NCBI GenBank assembly: GCA_964389315.1
Contig: CAYMDJ010000001.1
Coordinates: 543 to 64,542 of the forward strand
DNA length: 64,000 nucleotides
Source: an uncultured archaeon
Lineage (GTDB): Archaea > Aenigmatarchaeota > Aenigmatarchaeia > QMZP01
Reading direction: 5' to 3'
Of this stretch, positions 1 to 9,749 are shown piece after piece; position 1 is the stretch's first letter; every line of letters starts with the position of its first letter. The position numbers and the translations under genes are program-made. The notes beneath the pieces were generated by a model, which saw nothing but the letters and a program-made list of their open reading frames with translations, was not told the DNA's origin and ran no database searches.

Positions 1-3000
1 GCGGGCCGAGTTGTTGAACTCTCCTTCCCCGCTTGTCCTGTTCCCCCAGCCCGACCAGATTAAATTGTCCTCAGAGGTCCTGGTCTGGATTGTTATGGAG
101 GTGTCTTCAGGCTCTGTCGAGCTCCAGGTCATGTTGATGAAAGAGGACAGGGAACCTGTGTCAAAGACCTGGGAGGTATAGGTCCCGTTGTGCGTGTAGG
201 TTGTGGTGTAGGCGACGTCGAATCCCCTGTAGTTGTAATTGTTGGAGAAGTCGCTCTCCAGGTTCAGGAGGTTGCCCCAACCAGAGCCGTTCCAGGACTG
301 GCTCCACACCTCCTGGGAGCCTGATGTGTCGGATGTAACGAGGAACATGTTGTCGGTGTTGTAGTCCCTCTCTAACCGAAGGAAGAGCGGCATGGCACCT
401 AAGCTCTCTATCTGCCCCTCTGCCTCCCATGATGCTCCGTTCCATACCCTGTATTCCCCGCGGGAGTTGCCCTGGTCTGCCCAGACAGCGATTGCGCGGC
501 TAGAGTTGTCGAACTCAACGTCCATAGGAAAGTAGTATTGGGATAGGTAGCTGTCTGCCTCAAGCTCTGTCGGGCCTGACCAGGAGGAGCCGTCCCAGAC
601 CCAGCCGTTTATCTCGTCTGCGTCATCCCAGTCAACAAGGACCATGTTCCCTGAGTTGGGGTCTGCCGCGAGCTCAATTGCACGTGGAGCGCCCACGGAG
701 CCGAAAGCCGTTCCAGATTCCCAGTAATAGCCGTTCCAGATGGTGTAATTGAGCTTTGCATCGTCATATATTCCCCATACCAACATTGCCCTGGATTCGT
801 TGTCATATTCGACGTCGATTCCCTTGTATGTATAGCTATCATATGTCTCCAGGAAGACATGGTCGTGCCATCCTGTCCCGTCCCAGATCTGGGCCTCAAC
901 GTCATTAGAGGCGTCCTGCGTAAGCAGGATGACCTCATCAGATGAAGGGTCAGAGGCGAGCCTTACCCAGAGCATGTCGTCTGTTATGTCAGACGCGTAT
1001 CCAACAGAGCTCCAGGAGGAGCCGTCCCATATCTTGTAGTTGGGTATTGAAGCATCGCTTCCGTCGCGGTAGACAACCATGACGTGGGTATCGTTTATGT
1101 AGACAGCGTCAAACCTCTCATAGTCGCAGTGGGAGTTTGCCGTAATCAGGTCTGCCGAGCCCCACTTGTCACCGTCCCAGCGCTGCGCGTATATGTCGTG
1201 TGACGTGTCCATCGTAATCATCATGGCCTCTGACCTGTCAGGGTTCGAGGCTATCCTTACCCAGGCAATGTTTCCTGTAGTGTCGGTTGCAGTCCCCGCT
1301 GATGAGTAGCCCATCTGCCCGTCCCAGAGCCTGTATTCGGGAAGGGAGCGGTCTGCCTGGCCTATCCAGGATGTCAGGACTCTTCCAAATTTGTCAAGGG
1401 ATATCGCCCCGTTGCTGATATTGATGTTCTCCCGGGTTCCCAGGTCCCAAGATGAGAACGTGTGGTTTGAGGACCAGTTGGTGTGGGAGAGGTCGTCGGA
1501 GGGCTGGCAGTTCCATGTGAATTCCTTGTCTATCAAGCCCCCTGCCGGATGGATGTTGAGGGTCCAGTTTGAGAAGTTCCAGTAGCCGGTCATGTTCGAG
1601 TAGTTGATGATTTGCCATGTCCCTGGATAGTCTGACCAGAGGGTCATGTTCTCGAGGTTACCTGATGCCTGGGAGGCAGAGCAGTTGAACGGGACAGAGG
1701 TGAAGTGGACGGAATTGTTGTTGTCATCTGGGGTGGTCAGGTCGACGGAGTGCGGATAAAGTGTTATGAACCTGTCCTCTGTGACGTTCATCAGGCCGCT
1801 CGTCTCGTTCGCGTAAACCCGGAAGTAGGCGTCGTGCTCTGTTACCGAGGTCAGGTTTATGTAGCAATAGAACCCGTCAACTGTCATCGTTATGTTGTTC
1901 TGCGTCCCGTTGGCCCAAGTCATGTCCAGGATGCATTCGTCGAGCATCTCTCCGCCGGAGACGTTCACGTATATCCAGTCGTCCTCTGAGTTGGTTTCAT
2001 TGGGTAGGGTTGGAGAAACGAATGATGGGTAGAGGACGTTGGAGTATGTCATGTTCACCCAGTTGAGGTTCGGCTTGTAAAGCGAATTGTCAGTGGAGAG
2101 GATTGCCCGGTACTGGATGAACCGGGCACTGGTGTATATCACACCGCCCGGGTTTGTGTGATTGCTTCCTGCTGTCTGGTAATGCTCGGATATCTCCTCT
2201 TTTGAGAGCGTCCTGTTGTATATCATCAGCGAGTCAATCCTGCCGTCGAGGTAGCCATTATCTCCCGAGGTCTTGCTTATCGTGACAGCGTTGCCTGTCG
2301 CGCTCGGTGAGAAGTAGCTTTCCGTCTGGTTTGAGAGAGAGCCGTCAATGTAGAGCCTCTGTGTCGTGCCGTTCCAGGTCGCGGCGATGTAATACCACCT
2401 CCCGGTTTCAGGAACAATTGAGCTGGATTTGGGAAGCCATTCCGAGCCGTCGTTCAGAAGGAAGGATATCTTCCCACCCTCCGCTGTCTTGTCCATCCTC
2501 AGCCAGTATTCTCCGTCCTTCTGGAGTATCGTCGGGTATTCCTCAAGTGACGTGTTCCTGTCGAAATAGACCCAAGTCTCTATGGATATCTGGTTATTAA
2601 GCTGGAGGGTCGGGCTGCTCGGGACGCTCATGTAGTCGTTGATGCCGTCAAAGGAAAGGGAATTCCCGAAATGGCCATGATAAGCGTATGCGCCTGAGAC
2701 AGAGCCGTGGTTGTTGTTGCCCGACTCGTCCTGCGTCCAGCCAGAGGCGTTGACTGACTCAAGGCGCCAGAACGCCATTATATCCGACTCGTCCGAGAAG
2801 TTCCCCCCTGCCCAGCCAGTCCAGACAGAGTTGTCATCTGAGGTCCGGCTCTGGACGTCCAGCCGCAGGGCCCCCCTCTTGTAGATGTCAAGTATCTCTT
2901 CGGAGGAGAGGCTCCGGTTCCAGATTGAAAGCTCGTCTATGAGACCGCTCCAGTATTCGCTGGAATCATCTGTTCTCTTGGCTACGTGCAGGTCAGACGC

Positions 3001-6000
3001 AAAGTTCATGCTAATAGGCGAGAAAGATGCAGAGTTTGACAGAATTCCGTCAATATAAACCTTCAATGTCCCGCTGTTTTCCCTCACACCGGCGACATGA
3101 TGCCACATTCCATCATTTATGCCCCCGCCCACTACAGCTTCTCCTCCAGTGGCAATATCTAATGCTTCAAGAGATATGTTCCCATTCTTTACATCAAGCT
3201 TCCAGATGTAGGCGGCATTTCTTTTCCCGGCAATTACATGATATCCACTTCCCACACTCGTTGTCTTTATCCATGCCGATATGCTGAACCCGGACGTGCC
3301 GAAACTGAAATCAGAGCTATCGCTTATACTGATGTAATCGCCGCTCCCGTCAAACTCGAAAGCGCCGTTCAGCTTGCCTGATGCTGTGGGCGCGGCGTTG
3401 TCATGACCGGTCCCGTTGTTCCCTTCCCCGGAGAAGTCGTATACGTGGGTGTTGTTCTCGCCATAGGTGGAGTCGTTATTCAGGTGGAGGAGCAGGACAT
3501 TGCCGGTCATGTTGGCCCAGCCGTCTTCCTGGCTGTCCGGGAGCTCTGATTCGGTGTCGTTCCAGCAGTTGGTGCAGTTCCATGAGATGTTGGTGAAGGA
3601 AGAGAGTGAGCCCGTGTCGAATACCTGGGAAGTGTAAAGGCCAGTCAGGTTGGAGCCGTAAAGGGTTATGTTGGTTACGTTCGTGATTGTCTTGTCATGG
3701 GTCCCGAGGTCCCAGGAGGAGAATGTGTAGTTTGAGTCGGCCCAGTCGTCATCTGACTTGCTGTCATTGACGTAGCAGTTCCAGATGAAGGACCTGTCTA
3801 TGAAGCCGCCCGGGGGATGGAGGGCTTTGGTCCATGTGGAGAAGTTCCAGATTCCTGTCTTGGTCCGGGTGCCTATCTCCTGCCAGGAACCGGGATAGTC
3901 AGACCAGAGGGAGAAGGATTCGAGTGAGAAGGCCTCGTCGGTGAGGGCAGAGCAGTTGAAGAAGACTGAGGTGAACAGGACTGAGTCGTTGTAGTCCTCT
4001 GGCTCGTGGAGGGTCGTGACGACGTCGCTGTATTCGTATGTTATGTTGACATGATTGAGGTAGGGCGTGGAGCCGCCATAGAAGGTTGCCTTGTACTGGA
4101 TGCACCTGGCAGAGGTGTTTATCAGGCCGGATGGGTTAGTGTGGTTGCTGCTCCATGAGGTCCACCCGCCAGAGCAGCTTCCATCATTGGATGTGCGGGT
4201 CTGGACGGTTATGTTCGTAGTTCCTGGTTTCGTTTCTTCCCAGGAGATGTTCGACCACAGGGAGAGGGAGCCTGAATCAAAGGTATGGGACGTGTAAAGG
4301 CCAGTCAGGTTGTTTCCGTAGAGGGTCACGTTGGTCCCGTTTGCTGTCGTGTTTTCGTGGGTTCCGAGGTTCCAGGATGAGAAGGTGAAATTGTAGTCTG
4401 CCCAGTTGCAGTTGTCCTGGACGTCGCAGACATGGCAGTTCCAGAGATAGCCGGCATCGATGAAGTAGTAGTCGGATGGGTTTATGGTCTCTGTCCAGTT
4501 GGAGAAGTCCCATGTCCCTGAGACGTCCCTGCTCCCTATCTCCTCCCAGACTCCAGTATAATTGGACCAGAGGGACATGTTCTTGAGGTCGTATACCTGG
4601 CTGAGGGCAGAGCAGTTGAAGAATTCAGGGGAGGTGAAGTTTATCGTGTGGTTGTTATCAACAGGCTCTACGAGGGTGACGTTGAGGAGCTCTTCCCAGG
4701 TCCCTGACTGGCATATTTCTGCCTCTCCATCCGAGTCAGGGTCTCCCACGTAGCTGCTGTCATAGCATACGTCATTGTATACGCACATATCAGAGGCGTT
4801 GCAGCAGTAATTGTCTGCTGCGCTGGTCGTGCATGCCTCTGGATAGCAGACCCTGGTTATGGTGTATTCGCCTGCGTCGTCCTGGCAGCAGCTTCCTGTC
4901 GTCCCTGATGAGAAGCCTATGTCCCAGTTCGTGGATGCGCCTGTATAGCATTCGCACCAGTCGCTGTCAGAGTCCCATTCTATCGTGTAGAGGGTGAAGT
5001 TGTCTGACCTCTCCCATATCCAGGAGTCTCCCTCTGCATAGGCATCCGCGCTAGCGTTGTATGTCCCCTCAACGTCGCATACAGTGAAGCCGAGGCTGTA
5101 GGTCCAGTCGGTTGTGTTGGGGCTTCCTGCCGTGCATCCGCCTGACTGGCTGTCAAAGGTCATGGAATAGTCAGAGAATATGACGGTTCCATTCGGCCAG
5201 TAGAGGGTTAGGTTCATTCCATCAACCTCGCAGTCATGGCATTCAGAATCCCCACCAACAACCGCCCTGCAATCGTTTCCCTCGTAGAGGAATTCGCTGG
5301 CCGAGACGTATCCGGTGCTGTTCTTGCTCTTGCCGCAGAAGTCCTGGTTGGTTTCTGTTGTCCAGAAGGAGATTCCGCTGCAGTATCCCTCGTTCGGGCA
5401 TCCTATATCGCTTCCCATGAACGTGCAGGATGAGGAGCCTGAGGTCACTGAGCTTCCTGTGCAGAGCAGCCTGGATTTTGACGTGCTGTTGTAGACCAGT
5501 ATACTGATGTAGTCTGACTCCGGGTCTGATACAGTGGCGCTGGCGGTGACGTTGTCCAGGCCCTTTATGTAGCTTGACGGTGATATGGATTGTGAAGCTG
5601 GGTTGTTGGGGGTGAGGTTGTAGAGGGAGGTCCCTCCCTCGCAATAGGTGCAATTGAGGTTGGAGCTTGAGTTCTCAAAGGTGTCCATCACCCCGACTCC
5701 GCCGTCGTCGCCGCAGCACAGGCTTGCCCCGGTCATCCAGTCGAAAGCATTGCAGCCTGAACCATCGGTGCAGTAGGATTCCTGGGTGTCCCTGTCGATA
5801 TAGAAACAGGTCTCGTTGCAGATGTAGCCGTCAACAGGGCATGTGAGATTCTCATACTCGTCGCACTGGGAAGATGCGCCGCAGGCTGTTTCGCACTGGA
5901 GGCCTGACTTGCCTCCAAGGCCCGATTCAAAGCCGCCCGAGGCCTGCTGGTGGCTTGCGGGGTCACACTCCACGCAGTCGCCCTCTGACTCGTCCCACCT

Positions 6001-9000
6001 GAAGAACTCGTCTGTCCATGAGTCCGAATCATCGTCTGCTGAATCCGCGCATTCATCGTTTTCTGTCGTGGATGCCCAGCCAGACGGGTCCCTGTCAGCG
6101 CAGAAGGTTGGTGGGTTCACTCCAAGAACAGAGTATCCGGTGCAGTACTGGCCGTCCTGGTCGCCTGCAGGGTTGTTTATGAGGATTGAGTAGCTGTAGG
6201 AGCCTGCGTCCCATAGGTCGCTGGTCCCAGAGGATTCGTCGTCCACAATGTAGTAGGCGTTGAGGTCTGTGCATATGCCGGCTGTCCCCCCGGCAGCGCA
6301 GACGCCCCTGTCTCCTGTCCAGGACATCTCCTCGCACATGTCACCGTAGTCACCGACCCCTCCGTCTGTGCAGATGTTGTCTGCAGTGGTGTTGTAGTAG
6401 TCCCAGCCGGTCCATCTTGTTGAATCCTCGCCTGCATTGTCGTCATCAACCTGGTAAGTGCAGCCGGAAGCGGACTGGTCAGAGTTCCAGTCTCCGTCTG
6501 TCCCGCACCAGTATGAACCGCGCAGTGTGCAGGTCGTATCGTCCGTATCAAGGGTGAGGTTTCCTGCATCACTGCAGGAGTAAAGCTGGCCATCCAGGCA
6601 GAGTAGGGTTCCTGAGGCAGAATCGCTTGAGAGCTCAGAGGCGTAGAGGCAGCATGACGAGCCAGATGCTGTTCCGTTCTCGAAAGTGTCGCTTGTGCCG
6701 TCGTCGCCGCAGCATTTGCTTCCTGTTCCTGAGGAGCCTGACATCCAAACCAAACCGCCGCAGGTGCACCAGTTCTCATCAGTGTCGTAGGTTACTGTGT
6801 AGAGCTCGAACTGGGGCTGGTCCCAGTCAGACCACTCCCATACCCAGGTGCTGCTCTGATTCTCAGCCTTTGCAACGGCAGTTGCGTTGTAGGTTCCCTC
6901 CACGTCGCAGACAGTGTAACCAAGATTATATGTCCAGTTCTCATACTTCGGGTCGCCGGCTCCTGTGCAGCCTCCTGTCTGGCTGTCAAAGGACATGGAA
7001 TAGTTGTTGGGGTTGACAGAGGTCCCGTTGGGCCAGTAAAGGGTGAAGTTCATTGCATCCACATCACAGATATCACACTGACCGTCCCCGCCCACCTCTG
7101 CCGTGCAGTTGGCATATACTGCGTTCTCTGCGTATTCTGTATCCTCGCCGAACGTGAATTCAAGGACGTGCTTCCCGTAGGTGAGTGCCTGGCTGACCTC
7201 GTATCCGGTCTCGTTGCAGGAATAGTTCTCATAGAAGACTGCTGTGGTGGCATCGAGCCAAGTGATGTTAAGGACCTTGTCCCCGCAGCGCAGCTCAAGG
7301 AAGAGGAGGTCTTCGGTGGTATTCAGGTTGTGCCACGCAGTCCCGTTGGAGGCGCGGATTGAGAGGTTAGCCTCGCCCGTGGTGTTGAATCTGACAGTCC
7401 AGTTTCCCCCCAATTCAGGATAGCTTTTTACGTTGATTATGGTTATGTCCAGCTCATAGCTCTCGTTGGATAGGTGCGGGACAATCCAAGAGATGCGGTC
7501 TGTGAGCGTGTCGTTGTCCTTGTCTATGTAGGTCAGGTTCATGACGCGGCTCCTTGTCCCGTTCACGAGGCGGTAGAGCTTGTATGCCTCTTCAGGCAAT
7601 TCAGGGACGTCTGTGTAGGCCGTTATGTTCTCGTAGTGCAGCTCTGAGGAGATGGTTATGGTCTTCCTGTAGGGGGTTTCCTGGGCTTCTGAGGATTCGG
7701 GTGCAGGGGTCTCATAATAGACCTCAAAGTTTTTTCCTTGCCTTGTTATGGTGAGGGATATGGCATCGGGAATCCTCCTTTCTTGGGAGGCAGGCTCCCT
7801 GAAGGTTTTGTTGCTCAGGTCTTCCGGTATGCTCCCGCTGCTCATGTCTGTCATGCTGCCAGTAAGCCCGGTGCTCAGAGCATTGGTGCCTGTTTCGTTG
7901 AGGGTGACGTCATCGGATTGGCTAATGAAGGAAGATAGGATGCCCCTATACAGAATGGTTTCTGAAAGCTTTGATGGACTTACGGTTTCCCTGCTCTGGT
8001 TCCCTATTGCAAAGACACTTATGTTGGAGGCCTGCGGGGGGAGGAGGGTGGTGATTCTTTCAAGAGGGACAGAGGAGCTTATGCTCCTGAGCCACCGGAC
8101 AGGCTTGTTTATCTCAGCAGGAAGCTGAACGGTCTCCTCAAGGGCTTCGGTTATTTCAGACATTTTTTCAACGACCAGGAGCTCTACATGGCCGGATTCA
8201 GATGCGTTCATGGAATCTTCTGCAACAAAGGTTATTTTTCTCGTTCCTGTGAAATTGGTGTCCGGTATCAGAGTGGCCGCTGTGCCCGATATCTCCACGG
8301 TGATGTTTTCCGGCCGGGTTGATGAGAATGTAAGGTTGTCTCCATCCGGGTCCTGGCAGTAGTTATCCAGATAGATTGTCCTTTCTGAGTTCATGCCCCA
8401 GAGCTGATTCGGGATTGGAGACCATTCCGGGGGGAGGTTTGTCATGTTGGTTGTGTTCTCTGTGACGTTCTTGGGCAGACCGTGGACGACCGAGTAAGTG
8501 AGGTAATCTATCCGGAGGGTAGTGTTGCCGTGGGTCTCTATGAGGATGGTGTATTCGTCCTGCTCAGGGACATTGATGGAGCAGGTCTCCTCGCAGATGT
8601 CAGTGAAGAGGGTCATGATTGGTGTTGGGGCAGTAATGTTGGTCATGTTGGTTGTTATGTTCTTCTCTGTGACATTGGTGAGGTTCTCTGGGAGGGTCAG
8701 GTTCTCCTGGATTGTGATGTTGGTTTCGTTTGGTGGGAGGGTGACATTCCTTGGAGTGGTGAGATTTATAGAGACGTTCTCGGTGATGTTGGCTGTCAGG
8801 ATTTCACTGATGTTGAGAGAGACGTTCTCGGGGAGAGTGATGTTCTCGGTGGTTTCGTTGGGCGTTTGGTTTGTTGCACTACCAGTTACCCTACGCTCGG
8901 AGGCGTTCGACAGGTCGTAACCCTCCGCCGACTGGTCGGGTTGGGTGAGATTCGTCAGGGTTTCGGGGATTTCGGGGGTTTCTGAGAAGTTTTGCGACTC

Positions 9001-9546
9001 GTTGGGTGCTACATTGGTAACAGAATGGGAGTCGTTTGATGGGGGAGGAGTAAGGGGTTGGCTAGAAGAAGATGGTGAATCAGACATGTTGGTGCCGGCC
9101 AGCATGCCTGTTATGGGAGTATCGGGCGGTGGGGTGTGTCGAAGGTGGGTTGAATCGAAAATGAGAAGGGGTTCGTCGGTGGCAAGAAGCCACACCTTTA
9201 CGTCACCTTCTCCGACAACCGAACCGCTGAGGGAGACAGAGCTCAGGTCTCCAGCCGTCTCCGCTGAAAGGACAAGCGTCCCGTTCTGGAAGGACTGGTT
9301 TATCTTCTGCGTGTGGTAGGTCTCTGTCCCGAGAAAGAAGCCCGTCATGTTGGCGAACCCGAAGAAGAGGGCAAGGAGGATGCAGAGACCCAGCGCCGTT
9401 ATCACAGGCACCTTGCTTGAGGATTGCTCATCTGGTTCGTTCCCGAGGAAGACCTCATTCTCTCCAGTCTCGATGGAGTCATAGTAGAAGGATTCGCCAA
9501 GCTTCCCTTCGTCAGGCTTTTTCCTGGGAGGTTTAGTTTGGGTCAA
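1..9546 (-). CDS. Giant secreted/cell-surface glycoprotein, 5' part only (over 3,100 codons; the stop lies beyond the window). It has an N-terminal signal anchor, a region very dense in N-x-S/T sequons, a Cys-rich module region, three roughly 125-aa homologous modules, two LamG/ConA-like domains, and a C-terminal array of roughly 58-aa W-D-G-x-x-W repeats (beta-propeller-like). The start is probably TTG at 9546 or GTG at 9411.
   Basis: The minus-strand frame (codons on 3k+1..3k+3) was translated by eye at 1-60, about 2,900, about 5,000, about 7,500 and 9,340-9,606. All are in one frame with no stop between the TAG at 9606-9608 and position 1. No other minus ORF in this frame appears in the track across 9.4 kb. 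A hydrophobic stretch VPVITALGLCILLALFFGFANMTGFF follows an SSSK segment. Motifs include DELSIWNRSLSSEEI and DSLMIYNRTLSKEEI (LamG-like), plus recurring QTRTSxD..WxGW and SARxIQY modules. It is absent from the ORF track only because it has no in-window stop and no ATG start. Confidence 0.8.
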   Translation of the reverse strand, partial: MTQTKPPRKKPDEGKLGESFYYDSIETGENEVFLGNEPDEQSSSKVPVITALGLCILLALFFGFANMTGFFLGTETYHTQKINQSFQNGTLVLSAETAGDLSSVSLSGSVVGEGDVKVWLLATDEPLLIFDSTHLRHTPPPDTPITGMLAGTNMSDSPSSSSQPLTPPPSNDSHSVTNVAPNESQNFSETPEIPETLTNLTQPDQSAEGYDLSNASERRVTGSATNQTPNETTENITLPENVSLNISEILTANITENVSINLTTPRNVTLPPNETNITIQENLTLPENLTNVTEKNITTNMTNITAPTPIMTLFTDICEETCSINVPEQDEYTILIETHGNTTLRIDYLTYSVVHGLPKNVTENTTNMTNLPPEWSPIPNQLWGMNSERTIYLDNYCQDPDGDNLTFSSTRPENITVEISGTAATLIPDTNFTGTRKITFVAEDSMNASESGHVELLVVEKMSEITEALEETVQLPAEINKPVRWLRSISSSVPLERITTLLPPQASNISVFAIGNQSRETVSPSKLSETILYRGILSSFISQSDDVTLNETGTNALSTGLTGSMTDMSSGSIPEDLSNKTFREPASQERRIPDAISLTITRQGKNFEVYYETPAPESSEAQETPYRKTITISSELHYENITAYTDVPELPEEAYKLYRLVNGTRSRVMNLTYIDKDNDTLTDRISWIVPHLSNESYELDITIINVKSYPELGGNWTVRFNTTGEANLSIRASNGTAWHNLNTTEDLLFLELRCGDKVLNITWLDATTAVFYENYSCNETGYEVSQALTYGKHVLEFTFGEDTEYAENAVYANCTAEVGGDGQCDICDVDAMNFTLYWPNGTSVNPNNYSMSFDSQTGGCTGAGDPKYENWTYNLGYTVCDVEGTYNATAVAKAENQSSTWVWEWSDWDQPQFELYTVTYDTDENWCTCGGLVWMSGSSGTGSKCCGDDGTSDTFENGTASGSSCCLYASELSSDSASGTLLCLDGQLYSCSDAGNLTLDTDDTTCTLRGSYWCGTDGDWNSDQSASGCTYQVDDDNAGEDSTRWTGWDYYNTTADNICTDGGVGDYGDMCEEMSWTGDRGVCAAGGTAGICTDLNAYYIVDDESSGTSDLWDAGSYSYSILINNPAGDQDGQYCTGYSVLGVNPPTFCADRDPSGWASTTENDECADSADDDSDSWTDEFFRWDESEGDCVECDPASHQQASGGFESGLGGKSGLQCETACGASSQCDEYENLTCPVDGYICNETCFYIDRDTQESYCTDGSGCNAFDWMTGASLCCGDDGGVGVMDTFENSSSNLNCTYCEGGTSLYNLTPNNPASQSISPSSYIKGLDNVTASATVSDPESDYISILVYNSTSKSRLLCTGSSVTSGSSSCTFMGSDIGCPNEGYCSGISFWTTETNQDFCGKSKNSTGYVSASEFLYEGNDCRAVVGGDSECHDCEVDGMNLTLYWPNGTVIFSDYSMTFDSQSGGCTAGSPNTTDWTYSLGFTVCDVEGTYNASADAYAEGDSWIWERSDNFTLYTIEWDSDSDWCECYTGASTNWDIGFSSGTTGSCCQDDAGEYTITRVCYPEACTTSAADNYCCNASDMCVYNDVCYDSSYVGDPDSDGEAEICQSGTWEELLNVTLVEPVDNNHTINFTSPEFFNCSALSQVYDLKNMSLWSNYTGVWEEIGSRDVSGTWDFSNWTETINPSDYYFIDAGYLWNCHVCDVQDNCNWADYNFTFSSWNLGTHENTTANGTNVTLYGNNLTGLYTSHTFDSGSLSLWSNISWEETKPGTTNITVQTRTSNDGSCSGGWTSWSSNHTNPSGLINTSARCIQYKATFYGGSTPYLNHVNITYEYSDVVTTLHEPEDYNDSVLFTSVFFNCSALTDEAFSLESFSLWSDYPGSWQEIGTRTKTGIWNFSTWTKALHPPGGFIDRSFIWNCYVNDSKSDDDWADSNYTFSSWDLGTHDKTITNVTNITLYGSNLTGLYTSQVFDTGSLSSFTNISWNCTNCWNDTESELPDSQEDGWANMTGNVLLLHLNNDSTYGENNTHVYDFSGEGNNGTGHDNAAPTASGKLNGAFEFDGSGDYISISDSSDFSFGTSGFSISAWIKTTSVGSGYHVIAGKRNAAYIWKLDVKNGNISLEALDIATGGEAVVGGGINDGMWHHVAGVRENSGTLKVYIDGILSNSASFSPISMNFASDLHVAKRTDDSSEYWSGLIDELSIWNRSLSSEEILDIYKRGALRLDVQSRTSDDNSVWTGWAGGNFSDESDIMAFWRLESVNASGWTQDESGNNNHGSVSGAYAYHGHFGNSLSFDGINDYMSVPSSPTLQLNNQISIETWVYFDRNTSLEEYPTILQKDGEYWLRMDKTAEGGKISFLLNDGSEWLPKSSSIVPETGRWYYIAATWNGTTQRLYIDGSLSNQTESYFSPSATGNAVTISKTSGDNGYLDGRIDSLMIYNRTLSKEEISEHYQTAGSNHTNPGGVIYTSARFIQYRAILSTDNSLYKPNLNWVNMTYSNVLYPSFVSPTLPNETNSEDDWIYVNVSGGEMLDECILDMTWANGTQNNITMTVDGFYCYINLTSVTEHDAYFRVYANETSGLMNVTEDRFITLYPHSVDLTTPDDNNNSVHFTSVPFNCSASQASGNLENMTLWSDYPGTWQIINYSNMTGYWNFSNWTLNIHPAGGLIDKEFTWNCQPSDDLSHTNWSSNHTFSSWDLGTRENINISNGAISLDKFGRVLTSWIGQADRSLPEYRLWDGQMGYSSAGTATDTTGNIAWVRIASNPDRSEAMMITMDTSHDIYAQRWDGDKWGSADLITANSHCDYERFDAVYINDTHVMVVYRDGSDASIPNYKIWDGSSWSSVGYASDITDDMLWVRLASDPSSDEVILLTQDASNDVEAQIWDGTGWHDHVFLETYDSYTYKGIDVEYDNESRAMLVWGIYDDAKLNYTIWNGYYWESGTAFGSVGAPRAIELAADPNSGNMVLVDWDDADEINGWVWDGSSWSGPTELEADSYLSQYYFPMDVEFDNSSRAIAVWADQGNSRGEYRVWNGASWEAEGQIESLGAMPLFLRLERDYNTDNMFLVTSDTSGSQEVWSQSWNGSGWGNLLNLESDFSNNYNYRGFDVAYTTTYTHNGTYTSQVFDTGSLSSFINMTWSSTEPEDTSITIQTRTSEDNLIWSGWGNRTSGEGEFNNSAR

Positions 9547-9600
9547 GAAACCAGCCCCCGGAGTATTTCTGGGAGTGGAAAAGAAGCAAGTAACATGGTA

Positions 9601-9715
9601 GTTACCCTACAAAAAACTCCCATGTTATATAATATATGTATTGGTTATATTTATAGTTACCCTACAAATAGCTATCCTATTGGTCAGTAGGGTAATTAAT
9701 TCTTGGTGTAGGGTA
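9601..9715 (-). promoter_or_regulatory. Promoter/operator region of the giant gene. A 13-bp direct repeat GTTACCCTACAAA occurs twice (9601-9613, 9656-9668), and its inverted core GTAGGGTAA occurs twice (9687-9695, 9707-9715), in AT-rich DNA with TATA-like TATATAATATAT.
   Basis: The repeats are read directly from the sequence. They lie between the upstream gene end (9750) and the candidate start (9546) of the giant ORF. Confidence 0.45.
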
Positions 9716-9749
9716 AAAGTAGTGCAACTAGGTTTGAGTGTGGTGGTTA

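Noticed and set aside
161-7362. Numerous 60-200-aa ORFs on both strands listed by the track across 161-7362.
   Set aside because: All are out of frame or antisense relative to the uninterrupted 3k+1 minus-strand reading frame of the giant gene. They have low-complexity R/P/S/Q-rich composition typical of shadow ORFs.
8482-9319. Plus-strand ORFs 8482-8985, 8522-8920 and 8945-9319 (124-167 aa), with odd V/G/L/D-rich composition.
   Set aside because: They lie antisense to the sequon-rich N-terminal region of the giant minus-strand ORF. Their compositional bias mirrors its N-I-T/E-N repeats, and no RBS or promoter is evident.
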